DNA of 64,000 bases, from assembly GCA_964016885.1 (NCBI GenBank), contig OZ024746.1, forward strand, positions 71,672,001 through 71,736,000. Direction: 5' to 3'. The notes beneath the pieces were generated by a model. It was given only the letters and a program-made list of their open reading frames with translations, ran no database searches and was not told the DNA's origin. This DNA comes from Eledone cirrhosa (Eukaryota). The position numbers were made by a program, and so were the translations under genes. This document shows, piece by piece, positions 44,088 to 59,089 of this stretch; positions within the stretch are counted from its first letter, which is position 1; every line of letters begins with the position of its first letter.

Positions 44088-44250
44088 AAGGGCGGTACGT
44101 TGGCAGTTTCGGCAGAGCCTCGGACAAGATGCTTTGCGGCATAGAGTTACAGCCCTTTACGTTCTGAGTTCAAATCCCGCCGATGTTAGCTTTGATATTC
44201 ATCCTTACGGGGTCGATAAAATAGAGTTCCAGTAATGCAATGGGATCGAT
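44088..44250 (+). mobile_element. tRNA-derived SINE
   Basis: TGGCAG..GTTCAAATCCCGCC..TCATCCTTACGGGGTCGATAAA. Confidence 0.8.
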
Positions 44251-44311
44251 TTATGTGTCTATGTATGTACGTATGTATTTATGTATGTTTGTGTGTGTGT
44301 GTGTGAGTATA

Positions 44312-44421
<110 letters not shown>

Positions 44422-44517
44422 GAGAAATTAAATCCAGTCAGAGCTAAGTTTGCTTCTCATCCATCAGTCTGTGTTTAATAAATACATCCGTCACGCTACT
44501 AATTCTGCCAATCCATT

Positions 44518-44559
<42 letters not shown>

Positions 44560-44646
44560 ATGGAGATGGTGGTGGTGGTGGTGTTATTGTTGTTGTTGGT
44601 GGTGGTGGTGGTGGTGATAGTAGTAGTAGTAATGGTGGTGGTGGTG

Positions 44647-44724
<78 letters not shown>

Positions 44725-45824
44725 AGAATTGTGTCATTGAGTCAACGACATAACAATTGACATGCGAAACAACTTGAAATCTCAAATGATACTCCTCCCA
44801 TTCCTTAGTTATTCTCCTTCCCCGCATCCCTCCCCCATTCCCCTTTTGTCCTTAGATTTGGGAATTTCCGTAAAGCAATAACATTGTTTCTTCGTTTTGT
44901 TTAAGAAATTAAATGATTATATATGGCGGAGGGGATGCTCAGCGTAAAATGGTTTAATTGGATGACGTCACATCACCAGCAACGACAGCGATATGAACAA
45001 TAACAAAAATACTAACAAGGAGCTGTAGACGAAAGAGTTTCCACCTGGTCGTTCCTAGTGCTTGAAATAACAGTTAAATCTCCCTCAAACGAAAGGAGAC
45101 GATCGTTAGATCAGAACACGGAAACTATATTTCCATTGGTCTTTCCATTGCTGATAATATCCGTCAGCTGCAATTCCTAGCAGAAGGAAGCAAGGATTTG
45201 AACTCAGAACTTACAGCCGGATCAGAGACTACACAACATCCTCTCCGACTCTTTTAATAATTCCACCAATCCACTGCCCCTGAATTATTACTTTATTTAT
45301 CGACCATGAAAGGATAAAATACAAAATTGATGTCGGCGGGATTTGATCTCAGAGTGCAGTAAGCCAGAATGCTATCTAAACTGAAGCTCTGACGTCATTT
45401 ATCCTCCTATTTTAGCTGTAAGCAATGGGGAAGCTCGTGATAGATACTGTATTCAATGATATCTCTAATTAGATTGAATAGTCATGTCTTGGGTGCTTTT
45501 CATAATAGATATGTTCAGTTAGGGTTGATCTGGGTCTAAACAGCAACAAAAACGTTCAAGCCGCTAGAAATAACAACCGAATCTACCCCGAAACGCATAC
45601 TATTTGCGTAAAAAGAAAGGAAGACCTTGCATAATATGGTCTGAAATCACTATTCCCAGAGAACAAAACTGGATCGTCACGGCTGGAAGGTTGAATTTGA
45701 ACTGACAATATTTAAACTTAAGTTACTTGAGTCAGTAATATGGTAGTGGGTTTTCGTCTATTTATGAAGTGGAGTTATCTCGAATATTTGCTAAAAATGA
45801 CAGATATCATCATCATCATCATCG

Positions 45825-45859
<35 letters not shown>

Positions 45860-46309
45860 TTCGTCGTCGTCGTCGTCATCATCATTATCATCGTTGATGT
45901 CGTCATCATTGTTAACACTATTGTCATCGCTATTTCTCCCGACTTTAAAAAACTCTCACATTTCACATCGACGTAAATAAGGAGACATTGCTATTTTGGT
46001 TGCCGTCTTGGGTGTTGTTTTTATTGTTGTTGCTGTTCTTGTCGCTATCGTCATCGTTGTGTTTTGTTTTGTTAGTTTGTTTGTTTGTTTTTTTTTTTTT
46101 GGGGGGGGGGTATTTTTGTTGTTTTACCGGTACTGTGTTTGTTATTTCAAGGTCGGGAAATTTCCATGTATTTTCCATAAGCCTCATATTTCAGACATGT
46201 TTATCCTACTCAAAGATTTTCCTATGAACCTGACTTCCAAAATAATATGTTCCTGTTTTCGTTTGTTTATTTATATTTGTATTCATCAATATTTTTATTA
46301 ACAACAACA

Positions 46310-46470
46310 AGAACTGTCATTGGAACCTTGGGTACCGTGACAAAGAATTTGAAAAGTAAACCTTGGAAAGCTAGACCTAAATCTGGAAGCGGATGAGACG
46401 CACAAACGCCATTTAGTTGGATCAGCAAGAATTATCTGGAAAGTTCTTGACATGAAATTAGGACAGCTAT
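46310..46470 (+). mobile_element. Dong/R4-clade non-LTR retrotransposon, extreme C-terminal remnant
   Basis: VIGTLGTVTKNLKS..(frameshift)..LVGSARIIWKVLD, similar to the IGALG..LLG.A.ILRKVL end of R4/Dong ORFs. Confidence 0.65.
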
Positions 46471-46510
46471 GAACAGTATAGACGAATCTTAATAGGAGGA
46501 GAAAGGACAA

Positions 46511-46591
<81 letters not shown>

Positions 46592-46637
46592 GATGTTGAT
46601 GATGATGATGATGATGATGATAGAGTTGGGATTTGCA

Positions 46638-47050
46638 TACACTGGAAGTTATGCCAGCACTACAAAAATACCAACAGAGAAAAGGTAATGCAAGCATACA
46701 CTATAAAAGGTGTCGAATAATGTCAATACCAGTACAGAGACTGGAAGATCGAAGCAAACCGACCGGATATTATAGTCAAAGACGACAAAAATTGTCTTCT
46801 AATTGATGTCTCTATGAAGGAAATGGAGAAATTATTCAGATATAATAACCTGGAGACAGATATAATCCATAAGTGGATAATGAAAATAAGAAACATTGTC
46901 TATATTAGTTGCTTTGGAAAGGATTAAAAAAACACACACAAACGGATACATACCCCAAATCCCAAGGTTTCCAAATATATGCAGCATACAAAAAAATAGT
47001 ACTACTAGTACTGCAAACATATTGCGAAGAATACACTCAATACAATAGAA
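46638..47050 (+). mobile_element. Dong/R4-clade retrotransposon, restriction-like endonuclease domain remnant
   Basis: HWKLCQHY..WKIEANRPDIIVKDDKNCLLIDVSMKEMEKLFRYNNLETDIIHKW..TANILRR (PD..D..K.Y..L RLE signature), with frameshifts. Confidence 0.8.
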
Positions 47051-47135
47051 ATAACGGCACCAACAACACTGCACATATCCAATGCACACAGAGCTGTACT
47101 CGGCAACGCAGTAATAACATGCAATAAAAAAGAAT

Positions 47136-47315
47136 AATGGTTTCTGATTTAAACACAAGACCAACAATTTTGAGGGAGGTGAAAGTCGATTAAATCGACC
47201 CCAGTTCATTACTGGTGTTTTATTTTATCATCTCATCGACCCCGTAAAGATGAAAGGTAAAGTTGACCTCGGTGGGATTTGAACGGGAAAAGTCGGAACA
47301 TATACAGCAAGGAAT
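47136..47315 (-). mobile_element. tRNA-derived SINE
   Basis: Reverse-complement family motifs. Confidence 0.75.
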
Positions 47316-47318
47316 GTT

Positions 47319-47369
<51 letters not shown>

Positions 47370-47949
47370 TGGTAATGATGATTGTTGTTGATCTTGTTAG
47401 CGTTTTAGTTGTTGTTGTTGTTTTCGTTGTTGCTGGTGTTATTACTTTTGCTGGTGTTGTTACTGTTGCTGGTGTTGTTCTTGTTCTTAGTGTTGTTTTT
47501 ACTGTTGTTGTTGCTGTTGTTGTTCTTACTGTTGTTACTGTTATAGCTGTAGACATTGTTGTTCTTGTTGGTAGTGGTGGTATTGATGTTGTTGCCCTTG
47601 CTGGTTTTACTGGCGTTGCTGGTGTTGCCAATGATGATGATGATGATGATGAGGAGGAGGAGGAGGAGGAGGAGGAGGAGGAGGTGGAGGTGGAGGTGGA
47701 GGAGGATGATACGGAGGTTGTGATAGTGTATAACATTTTGTATAGAGAAATATCAAAGTTGATGAAAAGGCAAGCGGTAAATGTCAGTTTAGTGGGGTGG
47801 TGAGTTGGGGGAGGGGTATGTGACGATCGGGGTAGTTGGGGTGGCTGAGAGCAGGACAAAGGTTCGATATGTGTGGTATGTTGGTGGCAGGTAGAAGTGG
47901 AAATTATCGCTTCTGTTGTTGTTGTTGTTGTGGCTACAGTAGGACTTGA

Positions 47950-48592
47950 TTGGTATCTTATTTTATCGATTTCCTAGATAAATGAGATTTAATGCTGAGC
48001 TCGGCAGGATTTGAATTGAGAATGTAAAAAAAGTATTTAACTACCCTAAATAATGGTTTCTGGTTTAGACAGCAATTTGAAGAGTAAGGGGAAAATAGAT
48101 TAAATCGACCCCAGTGCGTTACTGGTACTTTATTGTATCGACCCCAAAGTTGTTGACTTTGTGCCTAAATCAGAAACCATTATTTAGGATGTTGAAAAGG
48201 TGGATTGGCAGTATCGGTAGAGGGTCGGACGCCATGCTTTCCAGCATAGTTACGTCCCTTTACGATCTGAGTTCAAATCCCGCCGAGGTTGATTTTGCCT
48301 TTCATCCTTACGGGGTCGATAAAATAAAGTACCAGTAATGCACTGAGACAATTGCTGGCCTTGTGCCAAAAGTAGAAACAATTATTTAGGATGTTGTATA
48401 CAAAACATTCATGTATGTATACTATATATGTTTTACTATATTAAATCGATCCCAGTACGTTAATGATGCTTTATTTTATCGACCCAGTGAGGATGAAAGG
48501 CAAAGCTAACCTCGGTGGGATTTGAACTCAAAATGTAAAGATCCGTAACCAAATGCTATAATGCATTTTGTCCGACGCTCTAACAATTCTGC
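47950..48592. mobile_element. SINE cluster: minus-strand fragments, full plus copy 48198-48385, minus copy 48440-48592
   Basis: Family B-box and central domain present in both orientations. Confidence 0.8.
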
Positions 48593-48702
48593 CCCAAATA
48601 ACAGCTTAATTTATAACAAAAGCGATAATGGACCCATATAGAATATGTGTATGTATAATAAACATATATAACATATATATAATAAAATACTCACAGTGGG
48701 AC

Positions 48703-48847
<145 letters not shown>

Positions 48848-49526
48848 ACTGTGAGTATTTTAGGTTATGGTATACGTCTTTAACACTTCCAGTTTAGTGT
48901 TAAGCTCCTTGTTTCTCCGGAATCAGCAAAGGAGTTTCTATGTAATCATTCGACATGCTCATAAGACTAGTCAAATCACTTTTTTTTTAAATGGGAATAA
49001 GTACTGGACAATGCAGTCCTGCATACAGTGGTGGATTCTTCGTCGGTTTCAACGATGAGCATTCAGTCTAATATGCGATTTAAGGTTTAAGTGATGGAGT
49101 AATTCAGAGACACGTGTAATCATAAGGCAACCTAACTTTGACAACCAAAACTTTGAAAAAAAAATAATAACCAGCCTTCGGCCTCCAGGACGCATGGTAG
49201 ATTTTTTAGACTTATTTTAGGAAAAAGTAGCGTCTTCGACGCCGGGAAATACGGTTATTTCCAAAGCGAATTAGTGTGAAACAATGTTTGACAAAGCTGG
49301 ACATACAATTTCTTGTACAATTCATCTGACGGGCTTCCATACAATTTCCGTCAACACAATTTCAATTTCAAGGTCCTGGTCAACTCGGGGCTATGGTCAT
49401 TGATATTTACTGAAGGTTCTACGTTGTGGGATGGAACTACTCGGCAATGCCTGCTTCAACCTTATATACAGTATAACTTTTCCCTTACCTTCCTTTCCCC
49501 AACATTTTCTTATATTCCTTTCACTG

Positions 49527-49596
<70 letters not shown>

Positions 49597-49607
49597 ACTC
49601 TCTCTCC

Positions 49608-49667
<60 letters not shown>

Positions 49668-49938
49668 TTCTCTCTCTCTCTCTTCAAACATGATATATTG
49701 AAAACAAAACTGTGCTCCAGTTTGATCAATTTTAACAGGGACTTTATATAGATACGACCACATTAGTCGATAACACTACAATTCTATATAGAATTCCACA
49801 CCCATAATCAAAGTGAACATCTATGGGGGCTTCACTGATATAAACCAAAATTTAACATAGAGATACAGAATACCCGAAATAAATGATAACAGCTTTAATA
49901 AAAATGATCAAACTGCAGCATTGGCGGTTGTATTTTCA

Positions 49939-49971
<33 letters not shown>

Positions 49972-49981
49972 GCGCACACGC

Positions 49982-50054
<73 letters not shown>

Positions 50055-50202
50055 AGTAGAAGGGGGTATTTTATTTGTTGGAAGTCCGACAAATATAAAT
50101 GATTATAACTGATTTAGAGCACTCAACAAGTTACTGGAGGGAATATCAAATCGATAAGGTATGATTTTCATGGGTATGTCTCTATTTATAAAACAAACTT
50201 TG

Positions 50203-50266
50203 TATTTTATCTGATGAAAGCGTACCAATGTTGTCTTGGTACCCTTGAAATATATATAATAAAATA
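50203..50266 (+). ncRNA. Type I hammerhead ribozyme motif (family A)
   Basis: TATTTTAT-CTGATGA-AAGCGTACCAA(TGTTGTC)TTGGTACCCTT-GAAA-TATATA-TA-ATAAAATA. Inverted tail (GCACTCAA) at ~50070-50138. Confidence 0.85.
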
Positions 50267-50305
50267 AATATTGTTTTATAAATATAGTTTACATTTATTT
50301 AATAT

Positions 50306-50402
<97 letters not shown>

Positions 50403-50404
<2 letters not shown>

Positions 50405-50520
50405 GTGAAAAATGGAACGGGAACAAAATAGAGAGACAGTACGAACGAAAGATTTATTAGTTTCACGCTTTTGAGAGTGGGGGGGGGGGAGAACGACGTT
50501 TCGGGCATAAGGCCTTCTTT
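50403..50520 (-). mobile_element. Family F-related fragment (5'-clipped hammerhead plus tail)
   Basis: Minus strand: AAGAAGGCCTTATGCCC-GAAA-CG-TC-GTT, then sequence matching 24441-24525 and 8460-8506. Confidence 0.65.
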
Positions 50521-50676
50521 ATATATATATTGTATATATATTGTATATATATATTGTAACTGAATTTCGTAAAAAAATATCAAAAATATCCAGAGTTGGT
50601 AGAGCACTCAATTCGAGGGACGAGTTGTGTTATACTGTTATGTAAGCTTGTTTTGTTGATGTAATGAATGATTGCC

Positions 50677-50725
<49 letters not shown>

Positions 50726-50726
50726 G

Positions 50727-50805
<79 letters not shown>

Positions 50806-50985
50806 GTGACGACACATAAGTCAATTGCATGAACTCATAATCCTTTATTTACTGCTATATATATGTCGATGATAGCCATTGAATGGCTATGACCTCATCA
50901 GGCAGTTAGTCAGTTCTTAGATATGCCAGCTCTGTGTTTATAGTGTTGATGGTACCAGAGCCTTGGGACATATATATATATATAT

Positions 50986-51247
<262 letters not shown>

Positions 51248-51774
51248 TATTTATTTATTTATTTATTAAACATTATATATATTTATATATATATATTTGT
51301 CAGCATTTTCTATTCCGTTTACCAATATGTATATATATATATATATACATACATATATATATATATATTTATTAAACTTTATATATATTTATATATATAT
51401 ACACACATACTTTTTCTCACACAAACCATTTCAGCTCACTTTATGTGAGGAGGAAGGACATTACATCTCCCCTTCACACCCACCCCGTCAAGTTGTTAAT
51501 ATTCTCTTCATGCTTTTTTTTGTTTTGTTTTGTTTTTTGTTTGTTTCTTATGTCCGACCCACCCGCTCTCACCTAACGCAGTCATTCATTCATACGGTGT
51601 CGCTCAACGTAGTAAGTGGGCGTGGCCTATTTGTTTGCTCATACACATGTCTCCACCTTCCCAATAAAACAATGAATAACATATCTTGTGTATGTTAATG
51701 TAGATGTGTGTATGTATGTATGTATGTGTGTATGTATGTATGTATGTAGGTAGATAGGTATGTTGGTAGGTAGG

Positions 51775-51829
<55 letters not shown>

Positions 51830-51934
51830 ATTGGAGCAACGTGAAATAAAATGTCTTGTTCAAATAAATAACGAACTTTCTGTTCCGGGAATCGAACTTA
51901 CGATCTTACGATCAAGATGCCAACTCAGTATCCT

Positions 51935-52445
51935 CTACATATGCATACATACATGCATACATGCATACATGCATACATACATACATGCATACATACATAC
52001 ATGCATACATTCATGCATACATTCATGCATACATGCATACATACACATACATACATAATACATGCATACATACACACAAACATACATACATACATACATA
52101 CATACATACATACATACATACATACATACATACATACATACATACATCACACATACATACATACATCACACATACATACATACATACATACACATACATA
52201 CATACATACATACACATACATACATACATACATACATACATACATACATACATAATAATACATGCATACATACACACAAACATACATATATACATACATA
52301 CACACATACATACATACACACAAACATACATATATACATACATACATACATACATACATACATACATACATACATACATACATACATACATACATACATA
52401 CACACATACACACATACACACATACATATATACATACATAAATAT
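51935..52445. repeat. (CATA)n tetranucleotide tract
   Basis: Direct reading. Confidence 0.95.
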
Positions 52446-52609
52446 ACTTCGCACACACTTAAGTTTTCACAAAGACATGGAGTCGTACAGACTTGTGCAC
52501 TTTCTTCAGTCCACCTCCTCATCCCGCCCCTCTCTATATGAGTCCATCATCAAACTCCCTCCACCAGAAGTCCTCCACCCCCGGCACGCTGGCTCCATAT
52601 TGTCTTCCG

Positions 52610-53785
52610 TCGTTGTCACCGCCTTCACCACCTTCACCACCGCCTTCACTGCCGTCGTCGCCGCCGCATTCACCGCCGCCTTCACCACCGCCTTCACCAC
52701 CGCCGTCGCCGCCGCCTTCACCGCCTTCACCGCCGCCTTCACCACCGCCTTCACCGCCGCCGTCGCCGCCGCCTTCACCGCCGCTCTCATTGTTGTTACT
52801 GTTGTTTGTCTTGTTGTTACTATTGTTATTGATGTTGATGGTGTTGTTGTTGATGTTACTATTACTCTTGTTGTCACTGTTGTTGTTGTTGTTGTTACTG
52901 TTGCTGCTGTTGTTGTTGTTACTGTTGCTGCTGTTGCTGTTGTTATTGTCACTGTTGTTGTTGTGATTGTTACTGCTGCTGCTGTTGTTGTTGTTACTGT
53001 TGCTGTTTTTGTTGTTGCTGTTGTTGTTGTTGTTATTGTTACTGTTGCTGCTGCTGTTGTTGTTACTGTTGCTGCTGTTGTTGTTGTTGCTGTTGTTGTT
53101 GTTGCTGTTGCTGTTGCTGTTGTTATTGTCACTGTTGTTGTTGTTGTTATTGTTACTGTTGCTGCTGTTGTTGTTGTTACTGTTGCTGCTGTTGTTGCTG
53201 TTGTTGCTGTTGTTATTGTCACTGATGTTGCTGTTGTTGTTGCTGTTGTTGTTAATACTGTTGTTGTTGCTGTTGTTGATGTTACTTGTTCTCGTTGTTG
53301 TTGATGTTGTTAGCATTGTAGTTGTTGCTGCTTCTGTTGTTGTTACTGTTGTTGATGTTGTTGTTGCTGTTACTTTTGCTGGTGTTGTTGTGACTGTTGC
53401 TGGTGTTGTTGTTACTGTTGTTGTTGCTGTTGTTGTTCTTACTGTTGTTACTGTTTGCTGTTGCTGTTGTTGTTACTGTTGTTGTTGTTCTTCTTCTTAG
53501 TGTTGTTTTTACTGTTGTTGTTGTTGTTGCTGTTGTTGTTCTTACTGTTGTTACTGTTTGCTGTTGCTGTTGTTGTTACTGTTGTTGTTGTTCTTGTTCT
53601 TAGTGTTGTTTTTACTGTTGTTGTTGTTGTTGCTGTTGTTGTTCTTACTGTTGTTACTGTTATAGCTATTATAGCTGTAGACATTGTTGTTCGTGTTGTT
53701 GTTGTTGGTAGTGTTGGTGGTGGTGGTGGTGGTGGTGGTGGTGTTGCCATTGCTGGTTTTACTGGCGTTGCTGGTGTCGCCAAGT
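52610..53785. repeat. (CCG/CCA)-rich then (GTT)-rich low-complexity block, partly paralogous to 47385-47630
   Basis: Shared GTTCTTAGTGTTGTTTTTACTG..TATAGCTGTAGACATTG..GCTGGTTTTACTGGCGTTGCTGGTGT. Confidence 0.85.
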
Positions 53786-54015
53786 TTGACAACAACATAC
53801 ACACGTGTCTCATGTCCAATTACAAGATATACAAGTCTAAGGCAGGGCCTTACAAATAGAGACCTTCACTGCCGCCTTCAGGTGACTATCACGTGTATGT
53901 GTGTGTGTGTGTGAGCGTGCTGACGAGTGCACGAGTGTACAAACACACACAGGCACACGTATATAGATGTATATACATATATACATATACATATATATAT
54001 ATATATATATACATG

Positions 54016-54110
<95 letters not shown>

Positions 54111-54199
54111 GTGTATGTATATATGTATATATATATATGTATGTATATATATATGTATATATATATATGTATATATATGAATATATATGTATATATAAG

Positions 54200-54330
<131 letters not shown>

Positions 54331-54654
54331 ATATAAATATACAACCATATTCAGGAGTATATATTTATCATAATACATTAGGCATGAACTATGTATGTGA
54401 ACACAAACCCACAAAAAAAACACGTCTTAGACTAAACTTTATCTCACACAGAAATCTTTATATAATATAATTATGGATTCATAAAATAATGTATATTAAA
54501 GAAATTATACTCTTATATAAACCGAAAGTAATATAATAAATGTATATGATATGATCATAGAATGAAACAGTCACACCAAGACTCTTGTATATTTACTGTA
54601 CACTAACATCTCCTGTATAACATCATATAAACTCCTATTATGAATCACGTTGTG

Positions 54655-55018
54655 GTGGTGGATTGGCAGTATCGGTAGAGGCTCGGACGCCATGCTTTCA
54701 AGCTTAGTTACGTCCCTTTACGATCTGAGTTCAAATCCCGCCGAGGTTGACTTTGCCTTTCATCCTTACAGGGTCGATAAAATAAAGTACCAGTAATGCA
54801 CTGGGTAATTGCTGGCCTTGTGCCTAAAGTAGAAACAAGTATCGGTAGAGGGTCGGACGTTATGCTTTGACGCATAGAATTACGGCCCTTTCCATTCTGA
54901 GTTCAAATCCCGCCGAGGTCAACTTTGCCTTTCTTTCATCCTTACGGGGTCGATAAAATAAAGTACCAGTAATGTACTGATAAAATTGCTGTCCTTGTGC
55001 CAAAAGTAGAAACAATTA
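54655..55018 (+). mobile_element. Two head-to-tail tRNA-derived SINE copies
   Basis: Two family copies joined at 54838. Confidence 0.88.
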
Positions 55019-55209
55019 TGAATCACGTTGTGTTGCTTATTCTAGTCGCAATACCAAGTGAATAGTTGTCAATGATGGCGGACAAAAATCCAGAAACTGA
55101 GATAGCTGCGACACGATCATGTAGGTATATTATTGTCTGTTCACTCATTCGCAATACATTTATTATCGGTGAATCTTCAGAAAATAAGAATAATGAAATA
55201 ATAAAATCA

Positions 55210-55380
55210 TTGCTTCTACTTTTGGCAGAAGGCCAGCAATTAACCCAGTGCATTTATTTTATCGACCCCGTAAGGATGAAAGGCAAAGTTAACCTCGACA
55301 GGATTTAAACTCAGGCCATAAAGGGCCGTAACTCTATACTGCATAGCATGGCGTCCGACTCTCTACCGATACTGCCAATA
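55210..55380 (-). mobile_element. tRNA-derived SINE
   Basis: Reverse-complement family consensus. Confidence 0.85.
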
Positions 55381-56156
55381 GTAATCTTTAGGTGTACAGT
55401 CAAATGATCCCCTTTCAGCCAATGACATTCCTTACTCCAGCAGTACCATAAATACCCAAGTCCAGTGACAAATATTCGCTGTACTTCCTCTTCCTTCTTT
55501 TTTACAAAAATACACCTAAACAATGTATATTATTTTATTGGATTGTTTGCGTGTATGTATTTATTTATTTCTAATACTTCTGTATTGTATTTATTTACTT
55601 TGTTCTTAACTCTGTAGCGGAGATTCATTCGGTCTCCTAGTTAGAATTTTAGTCTACGACTTCTGCTATACCATTTACGTGGTTTTGTCTTTGCGTGCTA
55701 TTGTTCTCCACGCTCCACATATGACGTATTATCTTCGTTTTTTTGTGTTCATTGCCAGAGAACGTCTCTATGAACCACCTAAGAGAACATTAGTCTTCGA
55801 CCTCTTTTATACCATAAACGTGGTTCTGTCTTTGCGCGTAATTGTTTTTCACCGCTCCTATTAATGACGTATCTTATTCGTTTTTTCCCGTTCTTTGCCA
55901 GCGAACGTTACCACGAACCAAAGTATCGTCTTCCTGTCTTCCTCCGGTTGCAACGTTTTTTGAAATATCCACTTCTGCGTTTACAAATTGACTTTGTTAG
56001 TTTCAGAAGATCCCGTTAAGGGTGAAAGCAGCGATTCTTTGCTTAAACTTTAATCTGTTATTTTAATAAATATTTGCTCTACGGTTCTTATATATTTGAT
56101 ATATATTTATCCTTATCGAGCCCTCTTTGGGTTTTAGTCTTGAAATTTATTATTAT

Positions 56157-56225
<69 letters not shown>

Positions 56226-56349
56226 TGGCTGCACTTCTGTTTGCATTCATCGGCTTAGCTGCGGCTCGAGCTTCGAATATGCTGTACTTCCATTTGTATA
56301 TATATATATAAAGTAGAAACAATTATTATTATATATATATATATAGTTA

Positions 56350-56520
56350 AACTTTGGGAGGGTCATACCGCCAATAAAAACACACCCTCCTGTTGGTTTT
56401 CACTTCAATTTATCATAAATTTCCGGTTGGCTGATATTATCAAAACTCTTTGGTCGCACATTCTGTGGCCTCGTCAGTGACTAGGTTTTTATTTTGTTCT
56501 GTACTACACCATCTTTTTGT
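56350..56520 (-). mobile_element. Degenerate family C hammerhead element
   Basis: TTTGGGAGGGTCAT end. Minus strand: GTCA-CTGACGA-G-GCCACA..TGCGAC-CAAA-GAGT-TT-TGAT. Confidence 0.65.
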
Positions 56521-56579
56521 GAGTCGTGTGTTGTTATCATCATCATCATCATCACCATCATATATATATATATATATTC

Positions 56580-56620
<41 letters not shown>

Positions 56621-57174
56621 CGCGCGCGTGTGTGGGAGGGGGGGTGTTATATTATATACTAATATCAGGTACCATATAATAACACTACCAGCATATCCAA
56701 AACAAAACTTCTAGTTCGTTCACTCCTTCCCCGTAAATTAGTAGACAGCCCCTGTGTGTGGGTAAACGTTGGAGACAAAAAGACCAAAGTGTGAAAAGTG
56801 AAGACCTTCAAGAGCCCTATTATTGTACCATAAGAAACTAATTCTTAATTCCTTTCCCTAAACTTCCCCCGTCTCTCTCTTTTTCTCCCTTTCTCTCTAT
56901 TCCTCTACTATCTCCTCTTACCACCATCAACACTAACTCCACCGCCAACACCATTACAAGAACTTGAAGGAATAGTCTTAAAGAAATAGAAGGTTGCAAG
57001 TTCACTGTATGTGCCCTTGTTCTTCTCCTCATCACCGTCATTATACTATCATCATCATTATAATTATGGTTATCATAATTCTCATCGTCACCATCATCAT
57101 TATCATCGTCATCATCCTTCTCATTATCGTCGACATCATCGTCATCATCATCATCATCATCATTATATATATAG

Positions 57175-57383
57175 AAGCTGGAGGAAGAGAGGAATAGTAT
57201 CACTACAAAACTGTGCAATACAATGGTGACTTCATATGGATGCAGATGTGCCGAGGTCATCCAAAGAAAGGGCCTCCACACTTCCTATTAATGTTTGAGA
57301 ATGCATAAATCATAGTTTGTAGACCAAATCTCATGTTTAATTGTGTTTGCCTAAAGATTGTTGCCCTTCTCTTATTTTAATCA

Positions 57384-57388
<5 letters not shown>
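57175..57388 (+). mobile_element. Tc1 transposon 3' remnant: transposase C-terminus plus right TIR
   Basis: KLEEERNSITTKLCNTMVTSYGCRCAEVIQRKGLHTSY* (57175-57291), then terminus CACTG followed by TA. Confidence 0.78.
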
Positions 57389-57413
<25 letters not shown>

Positions 57414-57421
<8 letters not shown>

Positions 57422-57835
57422 AGATCAAAAGATGGTTAAAGGAGTTCCATATATTTTATTATGCGCATTTCAAAAACAAACATCATCAAGCAATAATATT
57501 TGTGTTTTCATCAGATAAAACAGGAGAACATGATATGAAGGCTAAAAAACACTTGTGGATAGTGCAGTTTTAAATCAACATGATATGTTGATTTAAAACT
57601 GCACTATCCACAAGTGTTTTTTAGCCTTCATATCATGTTCTCCTGTTTTATCTGATGAAAACACAAATATTATTGCTTGATGATGTTTGTTTTTGAAATG
57701 CGCATAATAAAATATATGGAACTCCTTTAACCATCTTTTGATCTTATATTATGCATACTCCAGTCCCACAAACTGTAGAGTGCTTCTTATCCGATATCTG
57801 CATTGCTTTATTGTACTACAATAAAACTCACCTCC

Positions 57836-57840
<5 letters not shown>
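57414..57840 (+). mobile_element. Family B palindromic PLE-like element: 168-bp arms, GAT spacer, 3' tail
   Basis: Arms 57414-57581 / 57585-57752. Tail 57753-57840 with TAGAGTGC. (TA)n on both sides. Confidence 0.85.
57646..57712 (+). ncRNA. Type I hammerhead ribozyme motif (family B; mirror copy on minus strand at 57454-57520)
   Basis: TTTTAT-CTGATGA-stem II-GAAA-TGCGCA-TA-ATAAAA. Confidence 0.8.
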
Positions 57841-57886
<46 letters not shown>

Positions 57887-58821
57887 ATAAAAATATGGAA
57901 AAATATGTTTATGTATAAATAGAAACTTATGAGAATAGTATTTCAAGATTAATGTAAATTCATAATCAGCAAAAGTAGACGAATCTTTTTCATCACTGAT
58001 ATGATCCGAAAAAAAAAATGTAGTCACATATCAAACCTGGTGTAAACCATACTCTGTATGAAGGTATACAGAGCACGCAAATAATAATTGTTTCTATTTT
58101 TGTCACAAGGCCAGCAATTATCCCAGTGCATTGCTGGTTCTTTATCTATCGACCCCATAAGGATGATAGACAAAGTTAACCTCGGCGGGGCAACATAGCA
58201 AATATAACATTTAATGTAACCAGCAATATTCCATATAATGTTTACAAATATTTTTTCATTATGCTTTCTAGACACTTGATAAGTTTTATTTGTATTTTTA
58301 TTATATTCTATTTATATTGTTTATTATTGTTTATTATATTACTATATAATATGATGTCTAATTATTTCTTTTTGATTTATGTTTAATATATCTTATTCGG
58401 TAGATAGTCTATAAGCGTTGAAGTTCAGTTCTTCATTCTTTCTCTTTTACTTTCTCTTAATTTGATATAAGATGTTGTTAGACTTTCTTAACGATTGATT
58501 TAAAACGATACGTTGTTTGTCATATGTCATGCCAAGGTGGCGGTTGAAAGGATGTGCCATTACTGACATCACTGTCTTAATAATTTCTCTCTTCTCTGAC
58601 GACACAAATATAAATAAAATAAATCAAAAAATATTTGACTCAATGTTCAGATTGTGATATACAAATACATCAGTCAGATATATGAATAATAGAGCTGGAG
58701 TGAAAGTTTTATTAATTTTGGTGTTTAATTATTTTGGTGTTTAAATTATTTTGTTTTATCTTTGAAGACGCACTTTAGGAAAATAAAATGACTTAATTTT
58801 TCATATTTGCTATTTTTGCAT

Positions 58822-58905
<84 letters not shown>

Positions 58906-59058
58906 TGTGTGTGTGTGTGTGTAAGAAGAAGAAGAACCAAGGGGTTGTGTAGTTGCTGGATAAGGTGTACTTATAAATAAAAGGAAAGCACGAACGGGAG
59001 AACATTTTCCTTCATCAGTTGTCTGCTGGGGATCATGGATAGTTCTACGCATTAAGAC

Positions 59059-59084
<26 letters not shown>

Positions 59085-59089
<5 letters not shown>

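Noticed and set aside
49195-49258. Tigger/pogo-like terminus GGGAAATACGG
   Set aside because: No partner TIR or transposase remnant was identified.
52490-52800. Extensin-like SPPP ORF after TTTCTTCAG
   Set aside because: Derived from CCG/CCA triplet repeats open in multiple frames, with no independent support.
55455-55515. Possible small minus-strand exon VYFCKKEGRGSTANICHWT
   Set aside because: It has an acceptor-like TTGTTTAG but is too short, with no confident family match or partner exons.
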